Source: Flavobacteriaceae bacterium
GTDB lineage: Bacteria; Bacteroidota; Bacteroidia; Flavobacteriales; Flavobacteriaceae
NCBI GenBank assembly: GCA_018623655.1
Contig: JAAZVG010000001.1
Span: 1-38,373 of the forward strand
Length of the DNA stretch: 38,373 nt
Reading direction: 5' to 3'
Each line of letters starts with the position of its first letter. Positions within the stretch are counted from its first letter, which is position 1. Positions 36,874 through 38,373 of this stretch are shown piece by piece. The notes beneath the pieces were generated by a model. It searched no databases, was not told the DNA's origin, and worked only from the letters and a program-made list of their open reading frames with translations. Position numbers and translations under genes: made by a program.

Positions 36874-37461
36874 TTATCTTTTTTTAGATTGATAATATTT
36901 CATGCGATAATCTGCTTGGACTTGTCCTCGCGATATCTTTTCTAACTTCCCTTTGACTAATCTTTTCTTAAGAGACGAAAGCTTATCAGTAAATAAAATT
37001 CCTTCGATATGATCATATTCATGTTGAATGATACGAGCGGGTAATCCAAAATAATGCTCTGTATGCCACTCCATTGACTCATCTTGATATCTTATGGTTA
37101 GTTCATCCTTTCGAACTACGTCCTCACGAATATCTGGAATACTGAGGCACCCCTCTGTGAAACTCCAAGATTCCCCTGTTTCTTCAATAATGGTCGCATT
37201 AATAAATACCTTTTTAAAGGTTTTTAATACTTCACGCTCCTTATCTGTTGCATCCTCGTCCTTTGAAAAAGGTGAACCATCAATAACAAATAGCCTTATC
37301 GATTTTCCGATCTGAGGCGCAGCTAAACCAACCCCTTCAGCGTTATACATGGTTTCCCACATATCTGATATTAAAGTCTCCAAACCTTCATAATCAGTAG
37401 CGATTTCTTTCGCTTTCCGCTTTAAAACAGGATCACCGTAGGCTACAATGGGATAAATCAT
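36874..37461 (-). CDS. def: Peptide deformylase
   Basis: The three PDF motifs: 'GVGLAAPQIG', 'EGCLSIP', 'QHEYDHIEG'. Confidence 0.95.
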   Translation of the reverse strand: MIYPIVAYGDPVLKRKAKEIATDYEGLETLISDMWETMYNAEGVGLAAPQIGKSIRLFVIDGSPFSKDEDATDKEREVLKTFKKVFINATIIEETGESWSFTEGCLSIPDIREDVVRKDELTIRYQDESMEWHTEHYFGLPARIIQHEYDHIEGILFTDKLSSLKKRLVKGKLEKISRGQVQADYRMKYYQSKKR

Positions 37462-37883
37462 AATATTCTTTCTAAATAAGATTGTAAAAGTATCGTTGCA
37501 CTGACACGGTCTATTAGTGTTTTATCTTGTCTTTTCTTTTTTGACATTCCAGATTGGGCGATACTCTTAGAAGCAAGTTTCGATGTGAATCGCTCATCTT
37601 GCCAAACAATCTTAAACCCAGACTTTTCAAGTTTATTCGCCATGTCTTCGATAAAACGCATCGATTCTGAACGTGTTCCATCCATTTGAGTAGCCTTACC
37701 GACAACTATGAGCGATATCTTCTCCTCCTTGTTTAACTGAATCAGCCGTTCGATTAACTGCTTAGATTCAACGGTTTCAAGGGAAGAGGCAACACCTAAA
37801 CCCATATACGCAGTGGCAATTCCTGTTCGTACAGAACCAATATCAAGTCCTAAAATTCGCTCCAATGGTGAAATTTGCAACAA
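37458..37883 (-). CDS. ruvX: Holliday junction resolvase-like protein RuvX (YqgF)
   Basis: 'RILGLDIGSVRTGIA' N-terminal motif. ATGA overlap with the def start. The start is uncertain: the maximal ORF uses the TTG at 37883, but the TTG at 37865 ('MERILGLD') is more plausible. Confidence 0.88.
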   Translation of the reverse strand: MLQISPLERILGLDIGSVRTGIATAYMGLGVASSLETVESKQLIERLIQLNKEEKISLIVVGKATQMDGTRSESMRFIEDMANKLEKSGFKIVWQDERFTSKLASKSIAQSGMSKKKRQDKTLIDRVSATILLQSYLERIL

Positions 37884-37888
37884 AAATA
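37881..37888 (-). promoter_or_regulatory. -7 promoter box TATTTTTG (minus strand) for the ruvX-def operon
   Basis: Exact TAnnTTTG on the minus strand. It overlaps the ORF-track TTG start of ruvX. Confidence 0.4.
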
Positions 37889-37924
37889 GTTCAAATTGAA
37901 AAGTCTTATCCCTACAAGCTATCT

Positions 37925-37932
37925 TATCTTTG
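37925..37932 (+). promoter_or_regulatory. -7 promoter box TATCTTTG for dapD
   Basis: Exact TAnnTTTG, 19 nt upstream of the ATG at 37952. Confidence 0.45.
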
Positions 37933-37951
37933 CAACAAAATTAGTAGAATC

Positions 37952-38373
37952 ATGGAGACACTAAGACCGATCATTGAATCAGCCTGGGAGAATCGCGAGT
38001 TATTGAAAGAGCATTCTACTCAAGAAGCGATAAGAACGGTGATCACTGCGATTGATAATGGAGAGTTACGCTGTGCTGCGCCAGAGGGTGATAAGTGGGT
38101 GATTAATGAGTGGGTAAAAAAGGCTGTGGTTCTATACTTCCCAATTCAGCAAATGGAGGTACTTGAAGCGGGTATTTTCGAATATCACGATAAAATGCCT
38201 CTTAAAAGAGGGTACAAAGAAAAGGGTATCCGAATTGTACCTAATGCCGTAGTTCGCCACGGTGCATATGTCGCATCTGGGGCGATTCTAATGCCAAGTT
38301 ACGTCAATATTGGAGCCTACGTTGATAGCGGTACAATGGTTGATACTTGGGCTACGGTTGGTTCTTGTGCGCA
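37952..38373 (+). CDS. dapD: 2,3,4,5-tetrahydropyridine-2,6-dicarboxylate N-succinyltransferase, 3'-truncated by the window edge
   Basis: My own translation, 'METLRPIIESAWENRELL ... LMPSYVNIGAYVDSGTMVDTWATVGSCA', is near-identical in its motifs to E. coli DapD. It is absent from the ORF track because no stop codon falls inside the window. Confidence 0.95.
   Translation, partial: METLRPIIESAWENRELLKEHSTQEAIRTVITAIDNGELRCAAPEGDKWVINEWVKKAVVLYFPIQQMEVLEAGIFEYHDKMPLKRGYKEKGIRIVPNAVVRHGAYVASGAILMPSYVNIGAYVDSGTMVDTWATVGSCA

Overview
This is a dense chromosomal segment made almost entirely of housekeeping genes. I count about 36 protein genes, with two more partial genes at the window edges. There are no rRNA or tRNA genes, no CRISPR array, and no transposase, integrase or phage genes. 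I saw no large repeats by eye.

The gene content and signals point to an AT-rich member of the Bacteroidota, probably Flavobacteriia-like. The evidence is a long-form SecA (1120 aa) and YidC (605 aa), BshC, DUF2795-, DUF4105- and DUF5606-type conserved proteins, exact TAnnTTTG '-7' promoter boxes in the intergenic gaps, many non-ATG or overlapping starts, and little visible Shine-Dalgarno usage.

Recognisable genes, in order:
- M23 peptidase (partial)
- NifS/IscS-like cysteine desulfurase
- recQ
- a translationally coupled kdsD-tatC-AhpD-like-lptB block
- pssA
- DUF4105
- DUF2795
- secA
- an exported msrA
- a GT2 / flippase-like / GT-C / PAP2 / MATE / mazG / second GT-C envelope cluster
- mnmA, yidC, pyrG
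- a Tat-signal hydroxypyruvate-isomerase-like TIM barrel
- an orphan PBP-like exported protein
- guaA
- a PNPOx-family protein
- bshC
- a large M14 carboxypeptidase
- DUF5606-def-ruvX
- the 5' part of dapD

I found no defence, toxin or mobile system. The one multi-gene module with unresolved function is the polyprenyl-phosphate-sugar type envelope glycosylation / lipid A remodelling cluster at about 14.9-23.0 kb. Its assignment is inference from domain architecture and gene packing only.

Secondary observations:
- Five of the six convergent gene pairs overlap at their 3' ends, with no strong intrinsic terminator.
- Two genes have -7 boxes that abut the ATG, which suggests leaderless mRNAs.
- Two unannotated small hydrophobic ORFs exist, one of which contains a perfect terminator hairpin.
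- SecA has a cysteine-free C-terminal tail.
- An uncharacterised acidic 75-aa ORF is translationally coupled to the PAP2 phosphatase.

All family assignments come from motif recognition by eye. No database search was run.
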